A stretch of 64,000 nt of DNA from Candidatus Amesbacteria bacterium (GTDB lineage: Bacteria > Patescibacteriota > Microgenomatia > CAZETR01 > Amesbacteraceae). Of the stretch, positions 10,361 through 20,045 are shown in pieces; the stretch's first letter is position 1, and each line of letters opens with the position of its first letter. The notes below the pieces were generated by a model. That model was not told the DNA's origin and searched no databases. It saw nothing but the letters and a program-made list of their open reading frames with translations. Position numbers and translations under genes: made by a program. Location: contig DAHWUD010000003.1 of the NCBI GenBank assembly GCA_027331445.1, positions 2,704-66,703 on the forward strand, given 5' to 3'.

Positions 10361-10804
10361 ATGGAAATAAATAAATTGCCAAAAATTGTCGAGCGATCCG
10401 CCAAGAGGGTGGGCCGGGGGATCGGTTCGGGCAAAGGCGGGCACACCAGCGGAAGAGGGACAAAAGGGCAAAAGGCCAGAGAAACGGTAAAAATCGACTT
10501 TGAGGGCACGAAGTTTAAAAAGTCGTTTTTAAAGCGGGTGCCGCTACTGCGGGGTAAGGGAAAATTTAAATCCCGGACGGTGAAGGCGGAGTTGAACGTG
10601 GGAGATTTGGAAGGCTGGCCGGCAAAAACCGAAGTAACGGCAGAAAACCTGGTGAAAACGGGGTGGATAGCCGACGGCCGAGTCCGAGTCAAGATATTAG
10701 GCGGGGGGGAGATAAAAAAAGCGGTAGTGGTCAAGGTACCGGCGTCCAAGGCAGCAACGGCTAAAATTGAGGCGGCCGGAGGAAAAGTCGAGACTGCGGT
10801 ATGA
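10361..10804 (+). CDS. rplO: 50S ribosomal protein L15
   Basis: RVGRGIGSGKGGHTSGRGTKGQKAR, KILGGG, KIEAAGG. Confidence 0.98.
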   Translation: MEINKLPKIVERSAKRVGRGIGSGKGGHTSGRGTKGQKARETVKIDFEGTKFKKSFLKRVPLLRGKGKFKSRTVKAELNVGDLEGWPAKTEVTAENLVKTGWIADGRVRVKILGGGEIKKAVVVKVPASKAATAKIEAAGGKVETAV

Positions 10805-12105
10805 ACAAACTGATCTCTGCCCTAAACCAAATCTGGTCCTCACGGGATCTACGGCGGAAATTGCTGTTTACGGGAGGAATTTTGATCATTTACCGGCTGC
10901 TGGCACATATCCCGGTCGCGGGAATGGACCGGAACGCCCTGCGGCAATTATTCTCGGGGAGCCAGATACTGGGCCTACTTGATATCTTTTCCGGGGGAAC
11001 TCTCGCCAATTTCAGCCTGGTGGCATTGGGGCTGGGGCCATACATCAACGCCTCGATTATTATGCAGCTATTAGGAGTGGTATTTCCCAAACTGGAAGAA
11101 TTGCAGAAGGAAGGCGAATACGGGCGGGAGCTAGTAAACCAATACACACGGTTGATAACGGTGCCGATTTCCCTCTTACAGGGATTCGGCATGTACTTTT
11201 TGCTGAAAAGCCAGGGGGTATTCGGAAATTTGTCGCCCCTGCAAATGATCGCCCTGTTAGTCACGATTACCACGGGATCAATTCTGGTGGTGTGGCTCGG
11301 AGAACTGATTACGGAATACGGAGTGGGAAACGGGGTCAGCCTGCTGATTTTCGCCGGAATTGTGGGGCGGATGCCTATAGCCTTGGGACAAACGGCGGCA
11401 ACTTTGGAAACATTAAATCTCGGCAACGTGCTGGTATTTGCGGTTTTAAGCCTGGTGGTGATTGCGGCGGTGGTATTTATGAATGAGGCGTCGCGGAATA
11501 TCGTGGTGCAGTATGCAAAAAGGATGAAGGCGGGAAAGACGTACGGCGGACAGGTGACGCATCTGCCGCTGCGGCTAAACCAGGCCGGAGTCATCCCGAT
11601 TATTTTTGCGGTGTCGCTGGTATTGATTCCGTCAATGGTGGGGAAATTTGTAGAGCAGGTACCGAACCAGGCGATAGCCAACGCCGCCGCCCAAATAGTG
11701 GCGGTGATGACGCCGGGAGGATGGATATACAGCCTCATTTACTTCCTGCTGGTAATCGGATTCACATATTTTTACACGGCCGTGGTATTTAACCCGGAAA
11801 AAATCGCCGAAGACTTAAAGAAATACGGCGGATTTATCCCGGGGATCAGGCCGGGGACGGCCACGGCAGAGTACCTGTCGGGGGTACTGAACCGGATTAC
11901 GCTGGTGGGGGCGATATTTTTGGGCCTGGTAGCGGTGCTGCCGTCGGCGATGCAGGGAGTGTTTAATATCCCGACGCTGTCGATGGGGGGAACGGGGATT
12001 CTGATTGTGGTGTCGGTGGTGCTGGAAACGGTAAAATCATTACAATCTCAGCTGCTGGTGCGAAACTATGAAGGATTCTTACCTACCTCGTCAGCCATTT
12101 TATGA
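10801..12105 (+). CDS. secY: Preprotein translocase SecY
   Basis: FSGG, LGLGPYINASIIMQLL, GVGNGVSLLIFAGI, AGVIPIIFA, FIPGIRPG. Confidence 0.99.
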   Translation: MNKLISALNQIWSSRDLRRKLLFTGGILIIYRLLAHIPVAGMDRNALRQLFSGSQILGLLDIFSGGTLANFSLVALGLGPYINASIIMQLLGVVFPKLEELQKEGEYGRELVNQYTRLITVPISLLQGFGMYFLLKSQGVFGNLSPLQMIALLVTITTGSILVVWLGELITEYGVGNGVSLLIFAGIVGRMPIALGQTAATLETLNLGNVLVFAVLSLVVIAAVVFMNEASRNIVVQYAKRMKAGKTYGGQVTHLPLRLNQAGVIPIIFAVSLVLIPSMVGKFVEQVPNQAIANAAAQIVAVMTPGGWIYSLIYFLLVIGFTYFYTAVVFNPEKIAEDLKKYGGFIPGIRPGTATAEYLSGVLNRITLVGAIFLGLVAVLPSAMQGVFNIPTLSMGGTGILIVVSVVLETVKSLQSQLLVRNYEGFLPTSSAIL

Positions 12106-12758
12106 ATATCATGATTTTGGGGCCACAGGGATCGGGAAAGGGCACACAGGCGGAATTGTTGGTAAAACAGTTCGGATTTAATTATGTGGAGATGGGAGAA
12201 ATCCTTCGAAGCATCGCCAATTCAAACAACCCCAAGGCCGAAGAGATAAAAGGGTATTTGAACAGCGGGAAACTGGTCCCCGACGAGTTTGTGAGAACCG
12301 TGGCCTGGGACCATATCAGCAAGAAGGAGAGTTCCCTGCGTGAGAAAAAGAAGGGGTTTATCTTTGACGGATATCCCAGAAGCGTCGCCCAATTTGAGCA
12401 ACTGGAAGACATGCTGAGGAGATTCGGAAAGAAAATCGACAAATTGATATATATCACCATCCCGGAGGAGGAGTCTATAAAAAGACTGTCGGCAAGAAGA
12501 GACTGCACAAAGTGCGGCCGAATCTGGAACCAGATCACCAATCCCCCACCCGGCCCGGAAACGTGCGAGTGCGGAGGAAAACTCACGCAACGGGGAGATG
12601 ACCAGCCGGAGGCAATCAAAAACAGACTGGGAATTTTCCATGCGAATACGGGGCCGATTTTAAAAAAGGCCAGAGAGGAAGGAATTTTGACGGAGGTCGA
12701 CGGGGAAAGGCCGATTGAGGCGATCCATGAGGAAATAGTGAAGGAGCTGGGATTATGA
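12102..12758 (+). CDS. adk: Adenylate kinase
   Basis: GPQGSGKGTQA P-loop, LVPD, FDGYPR, Cys-type LID (CTKC...CEC), RGDD. Confidence 0.95.
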   Translation: MNIMILGPQGSGKGTQAELLVKQFGFNYVEMGEILRSIANSNNPKAEEIKGYLNSGKLVPDEFVRTVAWDHISKKESSLREKKKGFIFDGYPRSVAQFEQLEDMLRRFGKKIDKLIYITIPEEESIKRLSARRDCTKCGRIWNQITNPPPGPETCECGGKLTQRGDDQPEAIKNRLGIFHANTGPILKKAREEGILTEVDGERPIEAIHEEIVKELGL

Positions 12759-13525
12759 AAAGGATAAGCATTAAAAATGAAGAGCAAATGCGGGTGATGG
12801 CGGAGGGGGGAGCCAAGCTGGGGCAGATTCGAAAACTAACAGCGGCCGCGGTGAGACCGGGCATGACCACCCGGGAGATTGACCGGATCGCCCAAAAATT
12901 AATTGATGAATCCGGGGGGGGCGCTTCATTTAAAAGAGTGGCGGGGTATCACCACGCAACCTGTCTTAACGTGAACGAAGTCGTGGTACACGGAATTCCG
13001 GGAGACCGGAAAGTGGAAAAAGGAGACAAATTGGCGATTGATGTAGGCCTGTATTACAAAGGATGGCATACGGATGCGGCGGTAACCATCATCGTGGGGG
13101 AAGGGGAAGCGAAATTAAAAAAGTTTTTGGAGACGGGAAGAAGAGCCTTAAAAGCAGCCATCGCCCAGGCCAAGCCGGGAAAGCGCATCTTTGATATATC
13201 CGAGGCCATGCAAAAAGTAATTGAGAAGGCGGGATATAGCCCCGTTAAGGCCTTAACCGGCCACGGGGTAGGCCGGGAACTGCATGAGGAGCCGGCTATC
13301 CCCTGCTTCGCGGTGGGAAACCGGGAAAACTCGCCCAAGATCGTGCCGGGAATGGTGCTGGCCATCGAAGTCATGTACAACGAGGGCGAATCCGAGGTGG
13401 TTTACCAAAATGACGACGGTTGGACAATAGGCACGGCGGATGGTAAAATATCTGGGCTATTTGAAGAGACGGTGGCTATTTATAAAGATGGTCCAAAGGT
13501 CTTGACAGAGGCAAAAAATGAATAG
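12755..13525 (+). CDS. map: Methionine aminopeptidase type I
   Basis: NEVVVHGIP, DVG...HTDAAVT, GHGVGRELHEEP, AIE, DGWT. Confidence 0.96.
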   Translation: MKRISIKNEEQMRVMAEGGAKLGQIRKLTAAAVRPGMTTREIDRIAQKLIDESGGGASFKRVAGYHHATCLNVNEVVVHGIPGDRKVEKGDKLAIDVGLYYKGWHTDAAVTIIVGEGEAKLKKFLETGRRALKAAIAQAKPGKRIFDISEAMQKVIEKAGYSPVKALTGHGVGRELHEEPAIPCFAVGNRENSPKIVPGMVLAIEVMYNEGESEVVYQNDDGWTIGTADGKISGLFEETVAIYKDGPKVLTEAKNE

Positions 13526-13766
13526 CGGGGACAAGTCGGTCTTCATTGTGGAAGGGATGGTGGTAGAAAATCTGCCGAACACCATGTTCCGGGTGAAGGT
13601 GGCTGACAGAGCCCCGGAAGAAATCGCCGGCCATGTGATTTTGTGTCATTTAGCCGGAAAAATGCGTCTCCAGTACATTAAACTGCTGCCGGGAGATGCG
13701 GTCAGGGTAGAGATAAACAGACTGGATCTCGCCCGCGGCCGAGTGGTGTTTAAACTGAAAAAATAA
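13518..13766 (+). CDS. infA: Translation initiation factor IF-1
   Basis: [31 protein letters not shown]. Confidence 0.95.
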   Translation: MNSGDKSVFIVEGMVVENLPNTMFRVKVADRAPEEIAGHVILCHLAGKMRLQYIKLLPGDAVRVEINRLDLARGRVVFKLKK

Positions 13767-13768
13767 GC

Positions 13769-13882
13769 ATGAAAGTGCAAGCATCCATAAAAGTCCGCTG
13801 CCGGAACTGCAAGGTGATTCGCCGCCGGGGGGTTTTGTATGTTATTTGCAGCAACCCAAAACACAAGCAGAGGCAGGGATAA
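13769..13882 (+). CDS. rpmJ: 50S ribosomal protein L36 (not in ORF track)
   Basis: Translated by hand: [37 protein letters not shown]. Confidence 0.98.
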   Translation: MKVQASIKVRCRNCKVIRRRGVLYVICSNPKHKQRQG

Positions 13883-13891
13883 GGAAAAAAT

Positions 13892-14308
13892 ATGCCAAGA
13901 GTAGCCGGTATTGATATCCCCGAAAAAAAGAAGCTGGAGTTTTCATTGCGCTATATTTACGGTATCGGGCCGACTAATGTAAAGGAGATATTAATGAAAG
14001 CCGGAGTCAGCGGGGACATCAGGGTAAACGCCTTGTCGGCCGAGGATCTGGGGAAGGTGCAAAAAGTGGTGGAGGGAATGAAGGTAGAAGGAGATTTGCG
14101 GAAAGAAGTGGCGCAAAATATTTCCAGACTGCGGGAAATCGGGTCTTATAGAGGATCGAGGCATGCTAAAGGGCTGCCGGCCCGGGGACAGCGGACCAGA
14201 ACCAACGCCAGAACCAAGAGGGGCAAGAGAGTCACCATCGGAGCTTTGAAGAAAGAAGTGATGGCAAAAACTGAAGCGGCAAAAACAGAAAAGGAGGCCA
14301 AGTCATGA
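13892..14308 (+). CDS. rpsM: 30S ribosomal protein S13
   Basis: [37 protein letters not shown]. Confidence 0.99.
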   Translation: MPRVAGIDIPEKKKLEFSLRYIYGIGPTNVKEILMKAGVSGDIRVNALSAEDLGKVQKVVEGMKVEGDLRKEVAQNISRLREIGSYRGSRHAKGLPARGQRTRTNARTKRGKRVTIGALKKEVMAKTEAAKTEKEAKS

Positions 14309-14649
14309 GTACGGGCAAGGTCTTCGTGACGGCGACTTTTAACAATACCCTGGTGACGATTACCGACGGAGCAGGAAATACGGTGGCGTGGGGATCGGCC
14401 GGCGCGGCCGGGTTTAAGGGGGCCCGAAGAGCGACCCCGTTTGCGGCCACGACAGCGGTAGAAGCGGCGGGAAGAAAGGCGATGGCCGCGGGAATTAAAG
14501 AAGCAGAAGTATACCTGAAGGGTCCGGGGTCAGGCAGAGATGCGGCTTTGCGGGCGCTGCGGTCAATCGGGCTGAAGATGACACTAATCGCGGATGTGAC
14601 GCCGATGGCCCATAACGGAGCCAGGCCCAAGAAACGCCGGAGGGTGTAG
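14305..14649 (+). CDS. rpsK: 30S ribosomal protein S11 (short N-terminus)
   Basis: [41 protein letters not shown]. Confidence 0.98.
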   Translation: MSTGKVFVTATFNNTLVTITDGAGNTVAWGSAGAAGFKGARRATPFAATTAVEAAGRKAMAAGIKEAEVYLKGPGSGRDAALRALRSIGLKMTLIADVTPMAHNGARPKKRRRV

Positions 14650-14665
14650 AAAATTCAAAACTCCA

Positions 14666-15535
14666 ATGACAAATTCACAAATACTGGTTGCAAAGGAGTG
14701 GAAAGATTACGAACTAATTGACAGCGGGGAGGGGGAAAAGCTGGAAAGATTTGGGGCGTATATCATGGCCAGGCCAGACCCGCGGGCGATTTGGAATAAG
14801 GGAGACGTGACTTTATGGAAGCGGGCGGACGCGGTGTTTGCGGACGAAAAATGGAGTTTTAGAAGCGATCCTCCAACCGACTGGCGGGTAAATTACAAAG
14901 ACATGAAATTTAAACTGCGGCCGACTGATTTTAAGCATGTGGGGATTTTCCCAGAACAGGCGGTAAATTGGGAGTGGATTGCGGAAAAGCTCAAAGCTCA
15001 AAACTCAAACATCAATTCAAATTTAAAATTCAAAATTTTAAATCTCTTTGCGTACACGGGTGGGGCGACGATGGCGGCCGCTTTGGCCGGGGGCATGGTA
15101 ACACATGTGGACGCGTCACGGCCGGCAATGATGTGGGCGTCGGAAAATGCCTTATTGTCAGGAATCACCAAGGATAAAATCAGATGGATCCAGGATGACG
15201 CCATGAAATTTGTGCAACGGGAAATCAGAAGAGGGGTTAAATATGACGCAATTATTATGGATCCGCCCAGATTCGGAAGAGGAACCGCGGGAGAAGTCTG
15301 GAAACTGGAAGAGGATCTGCCCAAACTGGTGTGGGCGGTGAAGCAGCTACTGTCCCCGACTCCCCTATTTTGGCTGATTAACGGTTACACAGCGGATTTA
15401 TCACATATGGCTTTAAAAAATTTACTGGGCGATGCGATGTGCACTGAGGCGGAAAGCGGAGAACTGGGACTAGTTGAAAGCGCCAAAGGGCGGATCATGC
15501 CTGCGGGAATATGGGCCAGGTGGGCTAGCAAATAG
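14666..15535 (+). CDS. Class I SAM-dependent methyltransferase (RlmI/RlmK-like catalytic domain)
   Basis: YELIDSGEGEKLERFG, HVGIFPEQ, LNLFAYTGG, VDAS, MDPPRFGRG. Confidence 0.9.
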   Translation: MTNSQILVAKEWKDYELIDSGEGEKLERFGAYIMARPDPRAIWNKGDVTLWKRADAVFADEKWSFRSDPPTDWRVNYKDMKFKLRPTDFKHVGIFPEQAVNWEWIAEKLKAQNSNINSNLKFKILNLFAYTGGATMAAALAGGMVTHVDASRPAMMWASENALLSGITKDKIRWIQDDAMKFVQREIRRGVKYDAIIMDPPRFGRGTAGEVWKLEEDLPKLVWAVKQLLSPTPLFWLINGYTADLSHMALKNLLGDAMCTEAESGELGLVESAKGRIMPAGIWARWASK

Positions 15536-15968
15536 GGATAACTTGCCCCCGGGTTCGGGTGATCAAATTTTGAGGAGTAATGGAAAAAACGGAGGTGGGG
15601 GAGCCGGCGGCGGCCCATACAATAGGGAAATTTTTAAGAATTTCATCAATTAAAGTGGGTAATTTGCGGAGATGACCGAAGGGGGGAACGGAGCCGGCGG
15701 GAAAACCGGTGCGGGCGAGGACAAATTCGGGAGAGGCGGTTTTGATTTTCCGGCGTAAATACTCCCCCACTTTGACTTTGTCGACGCGACGAGCGCCGCT
15801 GGCAATTATCAATATTGGTTCGTTGGTGGCAACATCGTAAAAGATGAGGGATTTGGCGATTTGAGCGACATCGCAGTCTAATGCAGCGGCCGCATCAGCC
15901 GCGGTGTGGGCGGATTGATTAAGCTGAATAGTCTGAGTTTGTAATGATTTTGGCAACACAAATTTCAT
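15525..15968 (-). CDS. YbaK/EbsC family aminoacyl-tRNA deacylase
   Basis: TAADAA, QIAKSL, TGFPAGSVPPFGH, VWAAAGS. Confidence 0.92.
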   Translation of the reverse strand: MKFVLPKSLQTQTIQLNQSAHTAADAAAALDCDVAQIAKSLIFYDVATNEPILIIASGARRVDKVKVGEYLRRKIKTASPEFVLARTGFPAGSVPPFGHLRKLPTLIDEILKNFPIVWAAAGSPTSVFSITPQNLITRTRGQVIPIC

Positions 15969-16024
15969 GCTAGAATTTTACATAAGTTTGACATGGGTTT
16001 AAATGTTTGTCTTAATGGAGACAC

Positions 16025-16495
16025 ATGGATGAGATACAAACTCCCGTAACAGTCGTCCCAACATCTCTCCCTCCAGCCTCGGCGGTTTCGGAGAAGGGGT
16101 CTTTATGGAAAAGGCTTTTTGGTGGAAGAATTAATAGACTAGAATTTATTGTGGGTGTGATGATCACCGTGGGGATTTACGTAGCTTTGTACTCCGCCAT
16201 ATTTCTAATCATCTTCGTGAAAGCCTCCGCAAAATCAAGTGGACCCGCTTTCTCCCCGATCGTAGCGATAATCTCCATTCTTATGTATGTTTTTTTAATG
16301 ATTTACAATTTCTCATTTTATATAAGGCGGTTACATGATATCGGAAAATCCGGATGGTATTGTCTGTTAGCGTTTATTCCGTTGGTCAATATTTTTATTG
16401 GATTATTAGTGTTATTAAAAAGAGGCGACGAATCTGAAAACAAGTACGGCGTTGCACCTATTGGGTTTGATCTAAAAGCGGTCCTAGCAATCTAA
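16025..16495 (+). CDS. DUF805 family membrane protein
   Basis: GRINRLEF, RRLHDIGKSGW, FIP, GDESENKYG. Confidence 0.9.
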   Translation: MDEIQTPVTVVPTSLPPASAVSEKGSLWKRLFGGRINRLEFIVGVMITVGIYVALYSAIFLIIFVKASAKSSGPAFSPIVAIISILMYVFLMIYNFSFYIRRLHDIGKSGWYCLLAFIPLVNIFIGLLVLLKRGDESENKYGVAPIGFDLKAVLAI

Positions 16496-16911
16496 TTGGC
16501 AAGCCCTGAAACCTTGGTATCTGATCCATTCACGTGCCCGACGCTGAATTCCCTGGTGCCCAGCAATTCACCGTCTGCTTCAAGAATTATTTTGTAAGTT
16601 CCGGTTTCGGGAAGCGGAAAGTTGCCCAATTCGGAAATGATGTTGGTTTTGCCGTTATTCCCCAGTTTGGCCCGCAATTCCGGAATAATAATTTTTTTGT
16701 GGTTGGGGTCTTCGATGCTGAGCTTTACGGTGTGCTCGGTTTCGGGCTCACCCACGATGACGGCGGCGACGGACATTTTCAGGTAATTGGAGGGAATCTG
16801 GGCCGCAAAGATCTGGTCAAAAATGCCGATGATATTTAGTTTATTTTCCTGGGAGAGAAAGGCCGAATCGCAGAGGACCAGGAGTTCAGCTTTGAGATTG
16901 AGTTTTTTCAT
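16492..16911 (-). CDS. Hypothetical beta-sandwich protein (DUF6941-like)
   Basis: LCDSAF...KLNIIGIFDQI...GTYKI; ATG overlaps the dnaK TAA. Confidence 0.7.
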   Translation of the reverse strand: MKKLNLKAELLVLCDSAFLSQENKLNIIGIFDQIFAAQIPSNYLKMSVAAVIVGEPETEHTVKLSIEDPNHKKIIIPELRAKLGNNGKTNIISELGNFPLPETGTYKIILEADGELLGTREFSVGHVNGSDTKVSGLAN

Positions 16912-18785
16912 TAATTGACCACTTCGCCTTCTTCAGGTTTCTTGTCATCGGGTTTATCTTCAGGCTTGGTGTCTGATGCGGAAGGAGGCTGTTGCTGATA
17001 CATGGCGCCGCCTAATTGCTGGAGACTGTCCATTAAGTCTTTGGATTTGGCCTCTAAATCCTCTTTGGTGCCGGTTTCTAAAATATCCCTGAGGGTTTTG
17101 ACTTTGTCCTCGACGGTTTTTTTCAGATCCGCGGGGACTTTGTCGCCGGCGTCCTTGAGAGTTTTTTCGGCGGTAAAGATTAAGGAATCGGCCTGGTTTT
17201 TAGCCTCGATCTTGGCCTTTTTCTCGGCGTCTTCGGCGGCATGAACCTGTGCTTCATTACGCATTTTTTCTACTTCCTTGTCGTCTAAGTTGGTGGAATT
17301 GGTGATGGTAATATGCTGGGTTTTGCCCGTGGCCTTGTCTTTAGCGGAGACTTTGAGAATACCGGAGGCATCGATATCAAAAGTGACTTCGACCTGGGGG
17401 ACGCCGCGGGGGGCAGGAGGAATGCCGTCCAGGATAAAGCTGCCCAGGGTTTTGTTGTCGGTGGCCATGGGACGCTCGCCTTGCAGAACATGGATTTCCA
17501 CAGAAGTCTGACTGTCGGAGGCAGTGGAAAAGACCTGGGATTTGCTGGTAGGGACGGTGGTGTTTCTGTCGATGAGCGGGGTCATGACGCTGCCCAGAGT
17601 TTCCAAGCCCAAAGTGAGAGGGGTAACGTCCAGAAGAACCACGTCTTTGACGTCGCCGGTTAAGACACCACCCTGAATAGCGGCGCCGACGGCGACAACT
17701 TCATCGGGATTGACACTTCTGTTGGGATCTTTACCGAAAAAGTCTTTGACGGTCGTGACGACTTTGGGCATGCGGGTCATTCCGCCGACCATGACAACTT
17801 CGTCAATATCGCCCACCGTCTTTTTGGCGTCTTTGAGACAGGCTTTGACCGGAGCGATGGTTTTTTGGATCAAGTCATCGACCAGGGATTCCAGCTTGGC
17901 CCGCGTCAGTTTGAGATTGAGATGGAGAGGCTGACCGTCTTTCTGAGTAATATAGGGCTGATTGATATCTACTTCCATGGTGGAGGAAAGCTCGATCTTG
18001 GCCTTTTCGGCGGCGTCACGGACGCGCTGGAGGGCCTGGACGTCTTTTTTGAGGTCGACTCCGTTGTCTTTTTTGAATTCCTCCACAATCCAATCGACAA
18101 TTTTGGCGTCAAAATCATCGCCGCCCAAGTGGGTATCACCGTTGGTAGCTTTGACTTCAAAAACGCCGTCACCCAATTCCAGAACGGAGATATCAAAAGT
18201 ACCGCCGCCTAAATCATAAACGGCTACCGTATGGGCATTTTTCTTGTCGAGGCCATAGGCGAGAGCGGCGGCCGTCGGCTCATTGATGATGCGCTCGACT
18301 TTGAGACCGGCGATTTCACCGGCCTGTTTGGTAGCCTGGCGCTGGGAATCATCAAAATAGGCAGGGACGGTGATAACGGCGCGGTCGACAGTGCCACCTA
18401 AATAGGCTTCAGCGTGAGCTCTCATGGTCTGGAGAATTTTGGCAGAAATTTCCTGAGGAGTATAAACTTTGCCGTCGACTTCGACACAGGCCATGTTGTC
18501 CTTGCCGGAGACGACTTTGTAGGGAACCATCTCAATGGTGCGTTTGACTTCGGGATCGGAGAATTTCCTGCCCATCAAGCGCTTGATGCTGTAGATGGTG
18601 TTTTTGGGATTGAGGATCATCTGGCGCTTGGCGACATCGCCGACCAGATTTTTGACGGGCTCAACGACGGAGGGAGTGGTATTGCGGCCGGTATCGGCGG
18701 CGGGGATAACCTTGGGTTGACCGCCCTCCATGACCGCCACACAGGAATTCGTGGTGCCTAAATCTATACCGATTATTTTTGCCAT
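16911..18785 (-). CDS. dnaK: Chaperone DnaK
   Basis: [43 protein letters not shown]. Confidence 0.99.
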   Translation of the reverse strand: MAKIIGIDLGTTNSCVAVMEGGQPKVIPAADTGRNTTPSVVEPVKNLVGDVAKRQMILNPKNTIYSIKRLMGRKFSDPEVKRTIEMVPYKVVSGKDNMACVEVDGKVYTPQEISAKILQTMRAHAEAYLGGTVDRAVITVPAYFDDSQRQATKQAGEIAGLKVERIINEPTAAALAYGLDKKNAHTVAVYDLGGGTFDISVLELGDGVFEVKATNGDTHLGGDDFDAKIVDWIVEEFKKDNGVDLKKDVQALQRVRDAAEKAKIELSSTMEVDINQPYITQKDGQPLHLNLKLTRAKLESLVDDLIQKTIAPVKACLKDAKKTVGDIDEVVMVGGMTRMPKVVTTVKDFFGKDPNRSVNPDEVVAVGAAIQGGVLTGDVKDVVLLDVTPLTLGLETLGSVMTPLIDRNTTVPTSKSQVFSTASDSQTSVEIHVLQGERPMATDNKTLGSFILDGIPPAPRGVPQVEVTFDIDASGILKVSAKDKATGKTQHITITNSTNLDDKEVEKMRNEAQVHAAEDAEKKAKIEAKNQADSLIFTAEKTLKDAGDKVPADLKKTVEDKVKTLRDILETGTKEDLEAKSKDLMDSLQQLGGAMYQQQPPSASDTKPEDKPDDKKPEEGEVVN

Positions 18786-18788
18786 AGT

Positions 18789-19235
18789 TTATTTAAAAAC
18801 TTTAACCTTTGCAGGTTTAATTATAAACGCATCTATTTTATAACCAATTGCCACGACTTCTGCAATAGTGTCGGAGGGGGAACCGGGGAGAGTTTCCAGA
18901 CATTCATGCAGATGATGATCATACGGATCCCCTACGGCAGGAGAAATAGACTGCAAACCGGCGGCGGTTAAAACGTCGTGGAACTGCCTGACGGCCATAT
19001 GAATGCCCTGGTCGGCAGAGTGTTTGTCGGCTAGGTCCAAGATATCAAGAGTGGGAATGAGCTGGGAAATAATGTTGGCCGTGGCATAAGTCACGAAGTC
19101 TTTTTTGTCGGCCTCGATGCGTTTGGCCAGATTTTGGTAATCAGCCAGGGCCCGTTTCCAGTTCTCGTCCAAAGTGGCGATCTGTTCCTGGAGGGAGGCG
19201 ACATCAATTTTGGGGGGGGAGGTTTTTTTAGCCAT
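18789..19235 (-). CDS. grpE: Nucleotide exchange factor GrpE
   Basis: RALADYQN, YDHHLHEC, GYKI...PAKVKV; between hrcA and dnaK. Confidence 0.95.
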   Translation of the reverse strand: MAKKTSPPKIDVASLQEQIATLDENWKRALADYQNLAKRIEADKKDFVTYATANIISQLIPTLDILDLADKHSADQGIHMAVRQFHDVLTAAGLQSISPAVGDPYDHHLHECLETLPGSPSDTIAEVVAIGYKIDAFIIKPAKVKVFK

Positions 19236-19244
19236 AAGTAAAAT

Positions 19245-19976
19245 TTACCAACTGGCGTTCATGCCGGAAATAAGGCCGTTCATATAGCGCAGGGTGGGAA
19301 TAACATAAGGGAAGTTTAAACGGCAGGGGCCGATCACAGCCATAGTGCCCCGGCGATCCGAGCCGGCGTTGAAATAAGTAAAAGCCATGCCCACGGGGTC
19401 AAAAAACGGCCAGCCCAGGTCGGACCCAAAGATGATATGGATGGGGTCCTCGCCATAGTTGCGCTCGAAAAAGAGCTGACGGACACGGGATTGCTCATCC
19501 AGAAAAGAGAGCAGGGTGCGGGTAACATCGATGTCAAAGAATTCCGGCATGTCGAGAATATTGGCCACGCCGGCATAATAAATATCACCCTGGTCAGTGG
19601 CGATCACGGAGAGGGCTTTGGTGCGGTCGGCTAAAGCGAGGCTGGCTTGGCGCAGTAATTTATCAAAGCGGAAACGGGAATCCCAGACTTGCTCCTTGGT
19701 GGAAACTTCGTCGGCCACAGATAATTGTTTTTCCTGCATCAAGTGGTCGACATAAAAACGCAAACCAACCGGCGTGGGAACGCGGCCGGCGGAGGTATGG
19801 GGCTGGTGAAGAAAGCCTTCGTGGGTCAGGGCAGCCATTTCGTTTCTGATGGTGGCGGGAGAAACGCCCAGGGGGTATTTTTTTTCAATTTGCTCGCTGG
19901 CTATGGGCTGGGCCGTGGCAATATACTCCTCGACGACGGCTTTTAAAATCTGGGTTTGGCGGGGAGTGAGAGACAT
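19245..19976 (-). CDS. hrcA: Heat-inducible transcription repressor HrcA (short form)
   Basis: RQTQILKAVVEEYI, SPATIRNEMA, QPHTSAGRVPT, IGPCRLNF. Confidence 0.95.
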   Translation of the reverse strand: MSLTPRQTQILKAVVEEYIATAQPIASEQIEKKYPLGVSPATIRNEMAALTHEGFLHQPHTSAGRVPTPVGLRFYVDHLMQEKQLSVADEVSTKEQVWDSRFRFDKLLRQASLALADRTKALSVIATDQGDIYYAGVANILDMPEFFDIDVTRTLLSFLDEQSRVRQLFFERNYGEDPIHIIFGSDLGWPFFDPVGMAFTYFNAGSDRRGTMAVIGPCRLNFPYVIPTLRYMNGLISGMNASW

Positions 19977-19980
19977 GGTC

Positions 19981-20007
19981 TTAGCAGAAACTTATCATGA
20001 GTGCTAA
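19981..20007 (-). promoter_or_regulatory. CIRCE operator
   Basis: Minus strand TTAGCACTC-N9-TTCTGCTAA (one perfect arm, 3 mismatches in the other), just upstream of hrcA. Confidence 0.88.
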
Positions 20008-20039
20008 CCGTTGTCAAGGGGATAAGGCTGCCGTAGAAT
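19989..20039. promoter_or_regulatory. Divergent promoters hrcA / GH39 with overlapping -35 boxes
   Basis: Minus: TTGACA (20017-20012) N17 TAAGTT; plus: TTGTCA (20011-20016) N17 TAGAAT (20034-20039). Confidence 0.7.
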
Positions 20040-20045
20040 CAGCGT

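Noticed and set aside
7550-13882. Zinc-binding forms of L24, S14, Adk LID and L36
   Set aside because: Common variants, not novel
912-14630. Many long antisense ORFs across tuf, ribosomal genes and secY
   Set aside because: Shadows of conserved sense genes; no recognisable motifs
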